Positions 1-10,204 of a stretch of 64,000 bases of DNA are shown piece by piece. The DNA is from Alphaproteobacteria bacterium. GTDB lineage: Bacteria; Pseudomonadota; Alphaproteobacteria; Bin95. Every line of letters starts with the position of its first letter. The first letter of the stretch is position 1. The notes below the pieces were generated by a model, which was not told the origin of the DNA, made no database searches, and was given only the letters and a program-made list of their open reading frames with translations. Location of the stretch: positions 4,384,001 through 4,448,000 of the forward strand of contig CBDBGH010000003.1 of NCBI GenBank assembly GCA_965205265.1, in the 5' to 3' direction. Position numbers and translations under genes: made by a program.

Positions 1-570
1 GGGCGGGCGGCCCGGCATGGCGGTGTCGGCGTGGTCGAGCGCGGGATCGGTGACTTCGAAGACCTGGAACTCCACTTCCAGACCCATGACCGCCCGCATG
101 TTCCGTTCGGACAGCCGGTCGCAAGCCGCCTGCAGCACCTGGCGGGAGGCGAAGGAAACGGGCTCCCCCGAAGTCGTCGCCACGTCGCAATGGATCAGCG
201 CGGAATGCGACGACCAGGGCAGCCGGCGGAATGTGTCCGGCAAGGGCGCAAGCAGCAGGTCGCTCGCTCCGAGCATCGGCGCGCCGCCCGCATCCGACCA
301 GACGGGAAACACGGTCCGGTGCGAGACGTCCTTGAGCAACAGCGTGCTCGGGACGCGAATGCCGGAGGCGAAGGCGTCCGTCAGCGCCTCGGCGGTAATC
401 GTTTTGCCGCGCAATATGCCGTGCGGGTCGGCAAGCACCGTGCGAACGGTCTCGATCCCCTCCGCTTCGACCAGGGCAACGACCTCCGCCGCGCGGGCGA
501 TATCGTCGGCGGAATACGCCCCGGAGCCTGCGAGCGCGCCCGCCCTTATCCTGTCTTCAACGGGGCTCAT
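1..570 (-). CDS. Glutamine synthetase-like (gamma-glutamylation) protein, 5' part; runs off the window
   Basis: Not in ORF track. Hand translation from ATG at 570: MSPVEDRIRAGALAGSG...IETVRTVLADPHGILRGKTITAEAL...PSTLLLKDVSHRTVFPVW. The D-x-H-G-x-L-R-G-K motif fits the GS beta-grasp domain. Starts 6 bp downstream of the Rieske gene. Confidence 0.85.
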   Translation of the reverse strand, partial: MSPVEDRIRAGALAGSGAYSADDIARAAEVVALVEAEGIETVRTVLADPHGILRGKTITAEALTDAFASGIRVPSTLLLKDVSHRTVFPVWSDAGGAPMLGASDLLLAPLPDTFRRLPWSSHSALIHCDVATTSGEPVSFASRQVLQAACDRLSERNMRAVMGLEVEFQVFEVTDPALDHADTAMPGRPP

Positions 571-576
571 GCCCGC

Positions 577-1893
577 CTACAGGGACGCATCCCAGGGGCA
601 CGCGGCGCGGCGTTCCCGGTCGGTGCGCATGCTGGCGGCCTCCCAGTCCGCCGTGTCCGCAATGGCGTCGTTGGACAGGGGCCCGGCGATCCGGGCCGCG
701 TCGCGGTTCAGCATCGGCAAGGCGGCCCCGTCGCCCGCGGCCAGGCTCTCCATCGCCGCCTGCAGCAGCCTGCGGTAACGGACGATGCCTATGTCGGTGC
801 TGCCCAGATGCTCTTCGGTGCGGTCCTGAATCGGGCCCATGCCCTCGACGGCCCACTGGTCGTGCACATTGATGTCGAACCCCATGCCGGTCCAGGTCCG
901 GGTCGCCTGCTCCTCCGGATCGTATCCGTAATCGTTGCGCCGGTTCTTCAGCGGCGCGTAGGCGGGCAGGCTGTGCTCCTTCAGCCTTTGCGCGCGCATC
1001 GTGTCCTTGTCCACGGGTTTGTCGAAGCTGGTGAACAGCGAATACCAGTAGCAGGTCTCGTCATCGACCGGCACATGCCACTGGGTGATCGTCATTTCGC
1101 GGCTCATCGGGATGCAGATCGCGCCGGGAAAGATCTGGTTGGTGACGCGCACATGGGTCAGGCCGTTTTCCATATGCCGGAGCGTGGTCAGCCTGAGGCC
1201 GAAATCGGTTTCCTCCACCCTGATCTCGGGGCGCGGATAGTCCCGCAGCAGCCGGGTCATGGGGATGTTGGAGCCGGCGGCAGCGCTGTCCCGGAACTGC
1301 CTGCCATAGCCGTCCTTCGGGTCCTCGTCTTCCAGGAAGCGGTGCAGGAAGGAGGCATGGGCGGGGTCGATGCCGATTTCCAGCGCCTGCAGCCAGTTGC
1401 ATTCCCAGAGGCCCTTGAAGGCGAAGACATGGCTGCCGGGCGCCCGGAAACAGTCGAAATTGGGGAAGGCCGGCGGCTCCCCCGGGCCCAGATAGGCAAA
1501 GACGACGCCGTTCTTTTCGACGACCGGGTAGGAGGTCGTCCGAAGCCGTTCGCGCATCCGGGAGCCCTCGGGCTCGCCCGGCTGCTCCAGGCACCGGCCG
1601 TCGCGGCCGTACAGCCAGCCGTGGAACGGGCAGCGCAGGCCGTTGTCCTCCCGGCGGCCGAAGCAGAGGTCCGCGCCCCGGTGCAGGCAGTGCCGGCCGA
1701 TCAGGCCGAGCCCGCCTTCGTCGTCGCGAAACAGCACGAGCCGCTCGCCCAGAAGCGTCACCGGCGCCACCGGGCGCCCGCCGTCCAACTCCTCCGCCAG
1801 CGCCGCCGGCTGCCAGTAGCGGCGAAGCACTTCGCCGGCGGGTGTGCCCTTGCCCGTGCGGGTGATCCGTTCGTTCAGTTCCCGGCCGATCAT
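577..1893 (-). CDS. Rieske non-heme iron oxygenase alpha subunit (phthalate dioxygenase/LigXa-like)
   Basis: CLHRG...CPFHGW Rieske motif and EIGIDPAHASFLH mononuclear iron motif; start chosen at MIGRELNERITR. Confidence 0.92.
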   Translation of the reverse strand: MIGRELNERITRTGKGTPAGEVLRRYWQPAALAEELDGGRPVAPVTLLGERLVLFRDDEGGLGLIGRHCLHRGADLCFGRREDNGLRCPFHGWLYGRDGRCLEQPGEPEGSRMRERLRTTSYPVVEKNGVVFAYLGPGEPPAFPNFDCFRAPGSHVFAFKGLWECNWLQALEIGIDPAHASFLHRFLEDEDPKDGYGRQFRDSAAAGSNIPMTRLLRDYPRPEIRVEETDFGLRLTTLRHMENGLTHVRVTNQIFPGAICIPMSREMTITQWHVPVDDETCYWYSLFTSFDKPVDKDTMRAQRLKEHSLPAYAPLKNRRNDYGYDPEEQATRTWTGMGFDINVHDQWAVEGMGPIQDRTEEHLGSTDIGIVRYRRLLQAAMESLAAGDGAALPMLNRDAARIAGPLSNDAIADTADWEAASMRTDRERRAACPWDASL

Positions 1894-1916
1894 GGGTTCC
1901 GCTCCTGCAATTCGGG

Positions 1917-3152
1917 CTACCCGGCCTGACGGACCGCGGGCGGCGCCAGGCATGCCTTGAGCGGCGTGCTCGAATCCGCCGCGGCAGACCTGTCGAACCG
2001 GCCGGGCGCGCCGACCATCCGGCGCGAGGCCATGTGGTCGGCGACCGCATTGACGGAATAGACGGCGACCAGACGTTCGCCCAGCGTCTCGATCAGGCTG
2101 AAGCTGCCGCTTTCGACATCGCCGCGGACCGTGATTTCGCTTCCGGCAAGCGACAGGCCCGTCATCTGGAGCTTCATGTCGAACTGGTCGCTCCAGAACC
2201 ACGGCACAGGATCGTAGGCCGCGCCTGCGCCCGCGATCTGCCCGGCCGCCGCCTTGCCCTGATCGACGGCGTTCTGCACCGATTCGAGCCGCACCCGGCG
2301 GCCCGCCGCCGGCAGATGGAAGGCCGTGCAGTCGCCGATGGCGTACACATGCGGAAGCGAGGTCCGCAACGCTGCGTCCACAAGCAGTCCGCCGAGTTCG
2401 GTCGCGGCGCCCGCCTCTGCGCCCAGGCCTGTCTCAGGCCGGTTGCCGACGCCCACCAGAACGAGGTCGGCCGCCAGGGTTGCGCCGTTCGAAAGCGCGA
2501 CCGAGGCGATCCGGCCGGCATGGGCGGCGACCCTGTCGATTTGCGCGCCGAGGTGGATGCTCACGCCCCCGGCCCTGTGCCGGTCCGCGATGTAGTCCGA
2601 CAGGAAGGCGGGCGCCGCGCGCTTCAGCAGCCGCTCCTCGGCCTCGACGACATCGACCGAAAGCCCGAGCTTGCGCGCCGTGGCGGCCACCTCCAGCCCG
2701 ATGAACCCGCCGCCGACGACAACGAGCCTCGCGCCGGGCGCAAGCGCATCCTGCAGCGCAAGCGCGTCCCGCATGCTCCGGAGATGGAAGACATTGGCGT
2801 AGCGGAAATTCTCGAGCATCCGCGCGCCGGCTCCGGTGGCGAGCACGGCCTTGTCGTAGGCGAGGGTCCCGTCTTCCAGGCGCACGGTTTTCGATGCCGG
2901 GTCGAGCGCCAGGGCGCGGGTCCCGGGAAGGAGCTCGATGCCGTTGCGCTCGAAGAAGTCCGGCCCCCGGAGCGCGATCTGCTCCGGCCGCTTCTCGCCC
3001 GCCAGCATCGCCTTGGAGAGCGGCGGCCGGTGATAGGGCGGACAGTCCTCTTCCCCGACCAGCCGAATCGGCTCCCCGTAGCCCGCCTGGCGCAGCGAGA
3101 CGGCGGCCTGAACGCCGGCATGGCCTGCGCCGACGATGACGGTGCCGGACAT
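1917..3152 (-). CDS. FAD/NAD(P)H-dependent ferredoxin reductase (putidaredoxin reductase-like)
   Basis: GAGHAG, PYHRPPLSK, GGGFIGLE, AIGDC and VPWFWSDQF motifs. Confidence 0.93.
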   Translation of the reverse strand: MSGTVIVGAGHAGVQAAVSLRQAGYGEPIRLVGEEDCPPYHRPPLSKAMLAGEKRPEQIALRGPDFFERNGIELLPGTRALALDPASKTVRLEDGTLAYDKAVLATGAGARMLENFRYANVFHLRSMRDALALQDALAPGARLVVVGGGFIGLEVAATARKLGLSVDVVEAEERLLKRAAPAFLSDYIADRHRAGGVSIHLGAQIDRVAAHAGRIASVALSNGATLAADLVLVGVGNRPETGLGAEAGAATELGGLLVDAALRTSLPHVYAIGDCTAFHLPAAGRRVRLESVQNAVDQGKAAAGQIAGAGAAYDPVPWFWSDQFDMKLQMTGLSLAGSEITVRGDVESGSFSLIETLGERLVAVYSVNAVADHMASRRMVGAPGRFDRSAAADSSTPLKACLAPPAVRQAG

Positions 3153-3475
3153 CAGACCTGCACGCCCGGCAGGTCGAAGACCGCTCCTTCCATGGACGGC
3201 TCCAGCTCGATCTGGCAGGAAAGCCGGCTGTTCGGGCGCCGTTCGTCCGCCGTGAAGTCCAGCATGTCCCGTTCGTATTCGTCGGTCGCCTCCCCGACCA
3301 TCTCAGGCGCGTACACATGGCAGGTCGCGCAGGCGCAAGCCCCGCCGCATTCGGCCTCGATGCCCGGCACGTCGTTGCGGATGGCGGTTTCCATCACGGT
3401 GGCGCCGCGAAGACCGCTCACCCGGAACGTCTCTCCCTCGGCAGTCCTGAAGGCGATATTGATTTCATCGGTCAT
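3152..3475 (-). CDS. [2Fe-2S] ferredoxin, adrenodoxin/putidaredoxin type
   Basis: AECGGACACATCHV and SRLSCQ; stop overlaps the reductase ATG. Confidence 0.93.
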   Translation of the reverse strand: MTDEINIAFRTAEGETFRVSGLRGATVMETAIRNDVPGIEAECGGACACATCHVYAPEMVGEATDEYERDMLDFTADERRPNSRLSCQIELEPSMEGAVFDLPGVQV

Positions 3476-3506
3476 GCGGTCGATGCCCCTGCCGGCCGAA
3501 GCGGTC

Positions 3507-4346
3507 TCAACCCTCGAAGGCGATGAAGGTCCTGAGTTCGATGCTCTCGCGCGGCGGGGCGGCGGGGTCCTGGTCCGGCAGAGCGAAGGCGCCGTGGGGC
3601 GTGTAGCGCGCGCGGCCGTCGTCCAGGCTGTCCCAGCCCTTGATGAGCAGCACCTCGTCGCGCTCCATATGCGGCGCCCAGTACCAGCGATGCGCGGGCG
3701 AAAAGGCGAGCTGGTAGATTTCGCCCACCCGGTCGGGAAAGACCTGGTCGGTGGCCAGCAGGTCCTCTTTCGGGATGCTGCCGGTATCGGCCAGCGCCAG
3801 CGGCGAGCGCGCGACCGGCCCCCGGATCGGCCGCCAGACATTGATCTGCACGATCCGCCCGCCCGAGCCCAGCACGCGGTCCACGGTCTCGCCGCCCAGC
3901 ACGTCGCGGGCGCGCTTCGGCCCCGAGTCGTCCGTATAGTCCACATGCACCCGGCCCGCCGGCATGCGCATGCCGTCCGGATTGGACGCGCTCGTGCCCG
4001 CATCCGAGCGCCGCGTGCGGTCGAACACGGTGGCGATGTCCGCTCCGGTCAGGCCTTTCAGCAGGTCCTCGACCTCCCGGTCATAGGCTTCGGCGCCTGC
4101 TCCGTCGTCGTAGAGGTCGTCCACCGCCGTCTCGTGCCGGCGCAGCTCGAATCCCGTCGCATCCAGCGACAGCCGATCCCGCTCGGCGCGCATGTCGTGG
4201 ATGACGACCGGGCGGTTCTCGGTCCTGAAATGGATCCGGGGCACTCCGCCCGTGATCTGCGAACTCTCGAACCAGGGCTTGGCGTCCTGGCGGACCGTGA
4301 AGGTGAGGTCCGCAACGATTTGGCTCGCATTGTGGGCATCCGGCAT
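3507..4346 (-). CDS. CmcJ/NvfI/AsaB-family oxidoreductase
   Basis: VHVDYT, INVWRPI, PLALAD, TPHGAF and RESIELR motifs. Confidence 0.8.
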   Translation of the reverse strand: MPDAHNASQIVADLTFTVRQDAKPWFESSQITGGVPRIHFRTENRPVVIHDMRAERDRLSLDATGFELRRHETAVDDLYDDGAGAEAYDREVEDLLKGLTGADIATVFDRTRRSDAGTSASNPDGMRMPAGRVHVDYTDDSGPKRARDVLGGETVDRVLGSGGRIVQINVWRPIRGPVARSPLALADTGSIPKEDLLATDQVFPDRVGEIYQLAFSPAHRWYWAPHMERDEVLLIKGWDSLDDGRARYTPHGAFALPDQDPAAPPRESIELRTFIAFEG

Positions 4347-4460
4347 GGCGGCACCGAAGCTCCTTTACGTCTTTCGCTCGGGGGGCGACATTCGGGTTTT
4401 ACAGGTGGACCGAAACCGGCGGGCGGTCAAGGGCGCGGGCCGGAAGGAGAGGGGATTTCC

Positions 4461-5189
4461 ATGCGACTCGAAGGCAAGACGGTTCTGGTGACGGCCGCGG
4501 GACAGGGCATCGGGCGGGCGATCGCCGTTGCGGCGGCGGCCGAGGGCGCGCGCGCAATCGCAACGGACATTGCGACCGAAAAGCTCGCCGGTTTGGGCAC
4601 GGGCATCGAGACGCACCGCCTCGACGTGACCGACGGCGCGGCCGTGGCGGCATTCGCCGGGCGGACCGGGCCTGTGGATGCGCTCTGCAACGTCGCGGGC
4701 TTCGTCCACCACGGCACGATCCTGGAGGCGACGGAGGCGGAGCTGGATTCCGCCTTCGACCTCAATGTGAAGTCGATGTTCCGCACCATCCGGGCCTTCC
4801 TGCCCGGCATGACCGAGAGGGGCCAAGGCTCCATCGTCAACATGGCCTCGGTCGCCTCCAACCTGAAGGGCGTGCCCTTCCGCGCGGTCTATTCCACCAC
4901 AAAGGCGGCGGTGATCGGGCTGACGCGGGCGGTGGCGGCGGACGCCATCTCGACCGGTGTGCGCTGCAACGCGATTGCGCCCGGCACGGTGCAGTCGCCG
5001 TCGCTGGACGAGCGCATCGCCGCCTTCGACGACCCCGTGCAGGCGCGCCGGGACTTCATCGCCCGCCAGCCGCTCGGCCGCCTCGGCACGCCGGAGGAGA
5101 TCGCCGCGCTGGCCGTCCACCTCGCCGCCGATGAAAGCGCCTACACCACCGGCGCCGTCTTCATCGCCGATGGCGGGATCACGCTGTAG
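4461..5189 (+). CDS. Short-chain dehydrogenase/reductase (BDH2/sugar-acid dehydrogenase-like)
   Basis: TAAGQGIG and YSTTK (YxxxK); AGGAGAGGG RBS before ATG 4461. Confidence 0.9.
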   Translation: MRLEGKTVLVTAAGQGIGRAIAVAAAAEGARAIATDIATEKLAGLGTGIETHRLDVTDGAAVAAFAGRTGPVDALCNVAGFVHHGTILEATEAELDSAFDLNVKSMFRTIRAFLPGMTERGQGSIVNMASVASNLKGVPFRAVYSTTKAAVIGLTRAVAADAISTGVRCNAIAPGTVQSPSLDERIAAFDDPVQARRDFIARQPLGRLGTPEEIAALAVHLAADESAYTTGAVFIADGGITL

Positions 5190-5284
5190 GACGGTGCGCC
5201 GGCAGCCTGCCCCGGATCGGAGTCCGGTAGCCGCGCCCTCCTCGAAGCCGACGGCGGGGGTGTTCGAGCAGCGCCGAAGCGCGG

Positions 5285-6958
5285 TCAGAACAGGCCGACC
5301 ACCTCGCCGCCTTCGTCGAGGCCGATGGCCTCCGCCGCCGGCACGCGCGGCAGGCCGGGCATGGTCATGATGTCGCCGCAGACCGCGACCACGAACTCCG
5401 CCCCGGCCGCGAGCCGCACCTCGCGCACCGGGATGGTGTAGCCCTCGGGCGCGCCCCGAAGCACCGGGTCGGAGGAGAAGCTGTATTGCGTCTTCGCCAT
5501 GCAGACCGGCACATGGCCGAACCCGCCGGCCTCGAAGCGCGCGAGCTGGTCCTTCACCCGCGCCGGCGCCTCGGCCCCGTCGGCCCGGTAGATTTCGCGC
5601 GCTACGGCCTCGATCTTCTCCCAGAGCGGCAGGCCGTCCGGATAGACCGGCGCGAACTCCGCATCGCCGCTGTCCGCCAGCGCAGCGACCGCCCGGGCCA
5701 GGCTCTCCGTGCCGCCGCCGCCCTCGGCCCAGTGGGTGCAGACATGCGCGGAGGCGCCGCGCTCGTCGGCAAGGCGCCGGACCGCTGCGATCTCCGCATC
5801 CGTATCCGCGGTGAAGCGGTTGATCGCCACCACCGCCGGCACGCCGAATTTGGCGATATTGTCGAGATGGCGGCCGAGATTGGCGAAGCCCCGCTCGACC
5901 GCGGCGACATCCTCCTCGCCCAGTGCACCCCGTTCGATGCCGCCATGCATCTTGAGCGCGCGCACCGTTGCCACCACCACAACCGCGTCGGGCGCAAGCC
6001 CCGCCTTGCGGCACTTGATGTCGAAGAACTTCTCGGCGCCGAGATCGGCCCCGAAGCCCGCTTCCGTCACCACATAATCGGCGAGCTTGAGCGCGGCCCG
6101 TGTCGCGACCACGCTGTTGCAGCCATGCGCGATATTGGCGAACGGGCCGCCATGGACGAAGGCCGGATTGCCTTCCAGCGTCTGCACGAGGTTCGGCTGC
6201 AGCGCGTCCTTCAGCAGCACCGTCATCGCGCCGTCGGCCTTGAGGTCGCTGGCCGTGACCGGCGACTGGTCGCGCCGCCCGCCGACGTGGATCTGGCCGA
6301 GCCGGCGCTGCAGGTCCGCGCGGTCCGAGGCGAGGCAGAGGATCGCCATGATCTCCGAGGCCACCGTGATGTCGTAGCCCGTCTGGCGCGGGAAGCCGTT
6401 GGCGACGCCGCCGAGCGAGACCGCGATGTCGCGCAGCGCCCGGTCGTTCATGTCCACCACGCGCCGCCAGGTTACCCGGCGGGCGTCCAGCTCCAGCCCG
6501 TTGCCCCAGTAGATGTGGTTGTCCGCCATGGCGGAGAGCAGGTTGTGCGCGGCGCCGATGGCGTGCATGTCGCCGGTGAAATGGAGGTTGATGTCCTCCA
6601 TCGGCACGACCTGGGCGTAGCCGCCGCCGGCAGCGCCGCCCTTCATGCCGAAACAGGGGCCGAGCGAGGGTTCGCGCAGGCAGATCGCCGTGTTCCGGCC
6701 GATGCGGTTCAGCCCGTCGCCGAGGCCGACCGTGGTGGTCGTCTTGCCTTCGCCCGCGGGCGTCGGCGTCATGGCGGTCACCAGGACGAGCTTGCCGTCG
6801 GGCCGGTCCGCCAGGCCGTCGATGAAAGCGGCGCTCACCTTGGCCTTGTCGCTGCCGTAAGCCACCAGCGCGCTCTCGGGGATTCCGAGCCGCTCGCCGA
6901 TTTCGCCGATCGGCCGCAAAACCGTTTCGCGGGCAATTTCGATATCGCTCTTGGCCAT
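5285..6958 (-). CDS. fhs: Formate-tetrahydrofolate ligase
   Basis: [47 protein letters not shown] and CMAKTQYS motifs. Confidence 0.97.
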   Translation of the reverse strand: MAKSDIEIARETVLRPIGEIGERLGIPESALVAYGSDKAKVSAAFIDGLADRPDGKLVLVTAMTPTPAGEGKTTTTVGLGDGLNRIGRNTAICLREPSLGPCFGMKGGAAGGGYAQVVPMEDINLHFTGDMHAIGAAHNLLSAMADNHIYWGNGLELDARRVTWRRVVDMNDRALRDIAVSLGGVANGFPRQTGYDITVASEIMAILCLASDRADLQRRLGQIHVGGRRDQSPVTASDLKADGAMTVLLKDALQPNLVQTLEGNPAFVHGGPFANIAHGCNSVVATRAALKLADYVVTEAGFGADLGAEKFFDIKCRKAGLAPDAVVVVATVRALKMHGGIERGALGEEDVAAVERGFANLGRHLDNIAKFGVPAVVAINRFTADTDAEIAAVRRLADERGASAHVCTHWAEGGGGTESLARAVAALADSGDAEFAPVYPDGLPLWEKIEAVAREIYRADGAEAPARVKDQLARFEAGGFGHVPVCMAKTQYSFSSDPVLRGAPEGYTIPVREVRLAAGAEFVVAVCGDIMTMPGLPRVPAAEAIGLDEGGEVVGLF

Positions 6959-7065
6959 GGGGGGCGCCCTCTCCTCGCCGGACGGAAGGGGCGCAGAATG
7001 ACAAGCCGGCGCGCCCGGCGCAAACGGCTAATGCGCGCGGCCGGGAGACCCTGCTGCGGCCGGAG

Positions 7066-7863
7066 TCAGCCCGATCTCCGCCGGAGCGCGCCGAGGGAAC
7101 AGGAGACGGCGAAAAACGCCACGGCCAGGGTCACGATGGTGGGGCCGGTCGGCGTGTCCCAGCGCCAGGACGCGGCAAGGCCGGCGAACACGGAGGCGAC
7201 GGCGATGAGCGTGGCGCCGGCCGCCATGCGCTCCGGCGTGCTGGAAAACGACCGGGCGGCTGCAGCCGGAACGATCAGCATGGCGGTGATGAGCAACACG
7301 CCGACCACCTTGATCGAAACGGCGACAAGCACGGCAATCGCGATTGTGATGACAAGCTGCTCACGTCCCGGATCGATGCTGCCGCCGCGCGCGAGTTCGG
7401 GGCTGAGCGTTGCCGTCAGAAGCGCCGACCAGCGCCAGACGACCAGGCCCAGCACCACCGCCGCCCCGCCCCAGATCACCGCGAGGTCCCCGCGCGTCAC
7501 GGCCAGGATTTCGCCGAACAGATAGGCCTCCACGTCTATGGAGCGCGGGGATACGACCGCGACCGCCACGAGGCCGACGGCGAGGCTGCCATGCGAGGCG
7601 ACGCCCAGCAGCGTGTCCATGGGGAGGCCGCGACCGGAGAAGGTCGAAACGGCGACCGCCATCGCCACCGCGGCGGCGAGCACGCCAATGACGGTGGACA
7701 TCGAAAAGGCGAGCGAAATGGCGACGCCCAGGATCGCGGCATGGGCGGTCGCGTCGCCGAAATAGGCGATGCGCCGCCAGACGACGAAGCAGCCGAGAGG
7801 GCCCGCCGCCAGCGCCACACCGATACCGGCAAGACAGGCGCGGGTCAGGAAGTCGTCGAGCAC
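7066..7863 (-). CDS. znuB: Zinc ABC transporter permease
   Basis: LGCFVVWRR.AYFGDA.AHAA motif; hydrophobic; GTG start inferred; operon context. Confidence 0.92.
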   Translation of the reverse strand: MLDDFLTRACLAGIGVALAAGPLGCFVVWRRIAYFGDATAHAAILGVAISLAFSMSTVIGVLAAAVAMAVAVSTFSGRGLPMDTLLGVASHGSLAVGLVAVAVVSPRSIDVEAYLFGEILAVTRGDLAVIWGGAAVVLGLVVWRWSALLTATLSPELARGGSIDPGREQLVITIAIAVLVAVSIKVVGVLLITAMLIVPAAAARSFSSTPERMAAGATLIAVASVFAGLAASWRWDTPTGPTIVTLAVAFFAVSCSLGALRRRSG

Positions 7864-8564
7864 CCGTCCTCCGGCGTGTGGCGGTTGAAGGCGAGCGCGC
7901 CCGGCTCCGCCTCGCCGAACAGCATGCGGTATTCCGCGGCCGAGGACACCGCCACGGGCGGCCCCTCGCACCAGATGACGCCGTTGAGCGCGATAACGCG
8001 GTCCGTCGCCCCCATGACCACATGCAGGTCGTGGCTGACCATCAGCACGCCGCAGTCCATGCGGTCGCGCACGGCGCCCACCAGCCGGTAGAGCGCGGCC
8101 ATGCCCGGATAGTCCAGGCCCTGCGCCGGCTCGTCGAGCAGCAGCAGGTCGGGTTCGGCGAGGAGCGCGCGCGCCAGCAGCACGCGCTGGAACTGCCCGC
8201 CGGAGAGCGCCGTCATCTGCCGGCCGCCAAGCTCCGGCACGCCGGTTTCCTCCAGCGCGCGCGCGACGCTGCCGTTTCGCCGCCGGGCGCCGAGGCGCAG
8301 GAACCGCTTCACGGTTATCGGCAGGGTCGAATCGAGATGCAGGCGCTGCGGCACATAACCGATACGCAGCCCCGGCGCCTGCTCCACGCGCCCGGCCGCC
8401 GGCGCGACGGCGCCGACCAGCGCGCGCAGCAGCGTGGTCTTGCCCGAGCCGTTGGGGCCGACGACGGTCACGATCTCGCCGCGCTCCACGGCGAGGTCGA
8501 TATCGTGCAGCGCCAGTTGCTCGCCGAGGCGGACCGAAAGGCCGTGCGCCGCGATCAGCGGCAC
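7845..8564 (-). CDS. znuC: Zinc ABC transporter ATPase
   Basis: GPNGSGKT, LSGGQFQR, LLLLDEP, SHDL; GTG start inferred. Confidence 0.92.
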   Translation of the reverse strand: MPLIAAHGLSVRLGEQLALHDIDLAVERGEIVTVVGPNGSGKTTLLRALVGAVAPAAGRVEQAPGLRIGYVPQRLHLDSTLPITVKRFLRLGARRRNGSVARALEETGVPELGGRQMTALSGGQFQRVLLARALLAEPDLLLLDEPAQGLDYPGMAALYRLVGAVRDRMDCGVLMVSHDLHVVMGATDRVIALNGVIWCEGPPVAVSSAAEYRMLFGEAEPGALAFNRHTPEDGCSTTS

Positions 8565-9076
8565 GGCGCGCCCCCTTCCCCGGCGCAGGCGCGGCAGAGC
8601 CCCTCCGCCTCCATCACCGAGCGCTCGATGGCGAAGCCCGCCGCCCGCGCTTCCCGCAGCAGCGGGGGCGGCGACGGCGACACGCAGGTCTCGGCCACCG
8701 AGCGGCAATTGCGACAGACCAGGAAAGCGGGCGTGTGCGCCTCATGCGGATACATGCAGGCGACGAAGGCGTTCAGCCGCTCCACCTTGTGGACGAAGCC
8801 CTGCTGCATGAGGAAATCGAGCGCCCGGTAGGCCACCGGCGGCTGCGAGCCGAAACCGTCCTCATCCAGACGCTTCAGCAGGCCGTATGCGGGCATGGCG
8901 GCGTGGCTTTCCAGCAGAATCTCCAGCGCGTGCCGGCGGACCGGCGTGAAATTCACCTTGTCTTCCGAAGCCCGGCGCTCGGCCTCGTCGAGCACGCGGC
9001 GGACGCAGTCCCCGTGGTCGTGCGGGCGCATGGCCTCCGCAGCCGTGGTCCGTTCCGTCTGTCTTGCTGCCACCAT
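8555..9076 (-). CDS. zur: Fur-family zinc uptake regulator
   Basis: HDHGDC, PPVAYRALDFL and two CxxC motifs; adjacent to znuABC. Confidence 0.9.
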   Translation of the reverse strand: MVAARQTERTTAAEAMRPHDHGDCVRRVLDEAERRASEDKVNFTPVRRHALEILLESHAAMPAYGLLKRLDEDGFGSQPPVAYRALDFLMQQGFVHKVERLNAFVACMYPHEAHTPAFLVCRNCRSVAETCVSPSPPPLLREARAAGFAIERSVMEAEGLCRACAGEGGAPCR

Positions 9077-9094
9077 CCGCCTTCCCGCCGCTCT

Positions 9095-9117
9095 TGAATG
9101 TTATAGTATAATGTCCA
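9095..9117. promoter_or_regulatory. Zur box between divergent zur-znuCB and znuA
   Basis: TGAATGTTATA-G-TATAATGTCCA, close to the Zur consensus GAAATGTTATA-N-TATAACATTTC. Confidence 0.8.
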
Positions 9118-9153
9118 GAAAATCGATCAGCCCCCAAGATACAGGATGCCCGC

Positions 9154-10197
9154 ATGAAACGCCGCCTCTTTCGACTCCCGCTGTTCGCCGCGTTTGCCTC
9201 GCTGGCCGCCCTGCCGGCCGCGGCGGCGCCCCAGGTCGTGACGGATATCGGCCCGGTCCAGTCGCTCGCGGCGCGCGTCATGCAGGGCGTGGGCGAGCCC
9301 GCGTCGGTCCTGCCACCGGGCGCAACGCCCCACAGCTATTCCATGCGGCCCTCCGAGGCGGCCCGGCTGCAGGCGGCCGACATCGTGTTCTGGGTGGGCG
9401 AGGGGCTGACGCCATGGCTGCACGATGCGGTGGAGAGCCTCGCCGCGGACGCCGTGTCGGTCGAGCTGATGGAGGCGCCGGGGGTGGCGCTGCTCGAGTT
9501 CGGTGAGGAGGGGCACGGCGACCATGACGACGACCATGGCCGCAAGGAAGAGCATGCGCACGAGGACGACGACCGCAAGCACGAACATGCGCACAAAGAG
9601 GACGACGACCACAAGCACGGGCACGACCATAAGGACGAGCACGCTCACAAGGACGAGCACGGCCACGAGCACCATGGCGACATGGACCCGCATATCTGGC
9701 TCGACCCCGCCAACGGCAAGGCCATGCTGGCCGAAATGGCCGCGCGCCTGGCGGCGCTCGACCCGGCCAATGCCGACGCCTACAGGGCCAATGCCGCCGC
9801 CGGGGCGGCCGAGCTCGACGCGCTGGCGGCGCAGGTGGAGGCCCTCGTGGCGCCCGTGCGCGGCAAGGCGTTCTTCACCGCGCATGACGCCTACCGCTAT
9901 TTCGAGCACCGCTTCGAGATCGAGTCCGCCGGCTCGGTGGCGCTGTCCGACGCCGCCCCGCCCGGCCCGGCGCGGCTCGACCGCATCCGCAGCGAGATGC
10001 GCGAACACGGCGCGCTCTGCGTGTTCGTGGAGCCGCAGCTCGACCCCAAGCTCGCGCGGACGGCCGCCGAGGGCAGCGGCGCGCGCGTCGCCGTGCTCGA
10101 CCCGCTGGGTGCGGACCTCGAAGCCGGCCCGGGGCTCTACCCCGCGCTGATCGGGAACCTGGCCCGGAGCCTCGCGGGCTGCCTCGCCGCCTCGTAG
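9154..10197 (+). CDS. znuA: Zinc ABC transporter periplasmic binding protein with His/Asp-rich loop
   Basis: Signal peptide, TPHSY, DPHIWLDP, HDAYRYF and a long His-rich insert. Confidence 0.95.
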   Translation: MKRRLFRLPLFAAFASLAALPAAAAPQVVTDIGPVQSLAARVMQGVGEPASVLPPGATPHSYSMRPSEAARLQAADIVFWVGEGLTPWLHDAVESLAADAVSVELMEAPGVALLEFGEEGHGDHDDDHGRKEEHAHEDDDRKHEHAHKEDDDHKHGHDHKDEHAHKDEHGHEHHGDMDPHIWLDPANGKAMLAEMAARLAALDPANADAYRANAAAGAAELDALAAQVEALVAPVRGKAFFTAHDAYRYFEHRFEIESAGSVALSDAAPPGPARLDRIRSEMREHGALCVFVEPQLDPKLARTAAEGSGARVAVLDPLGADLEAGPGLYPALIGNLARSLAGCLAAS

Positions 10198-10204
10198 CCA
10201 GCGC

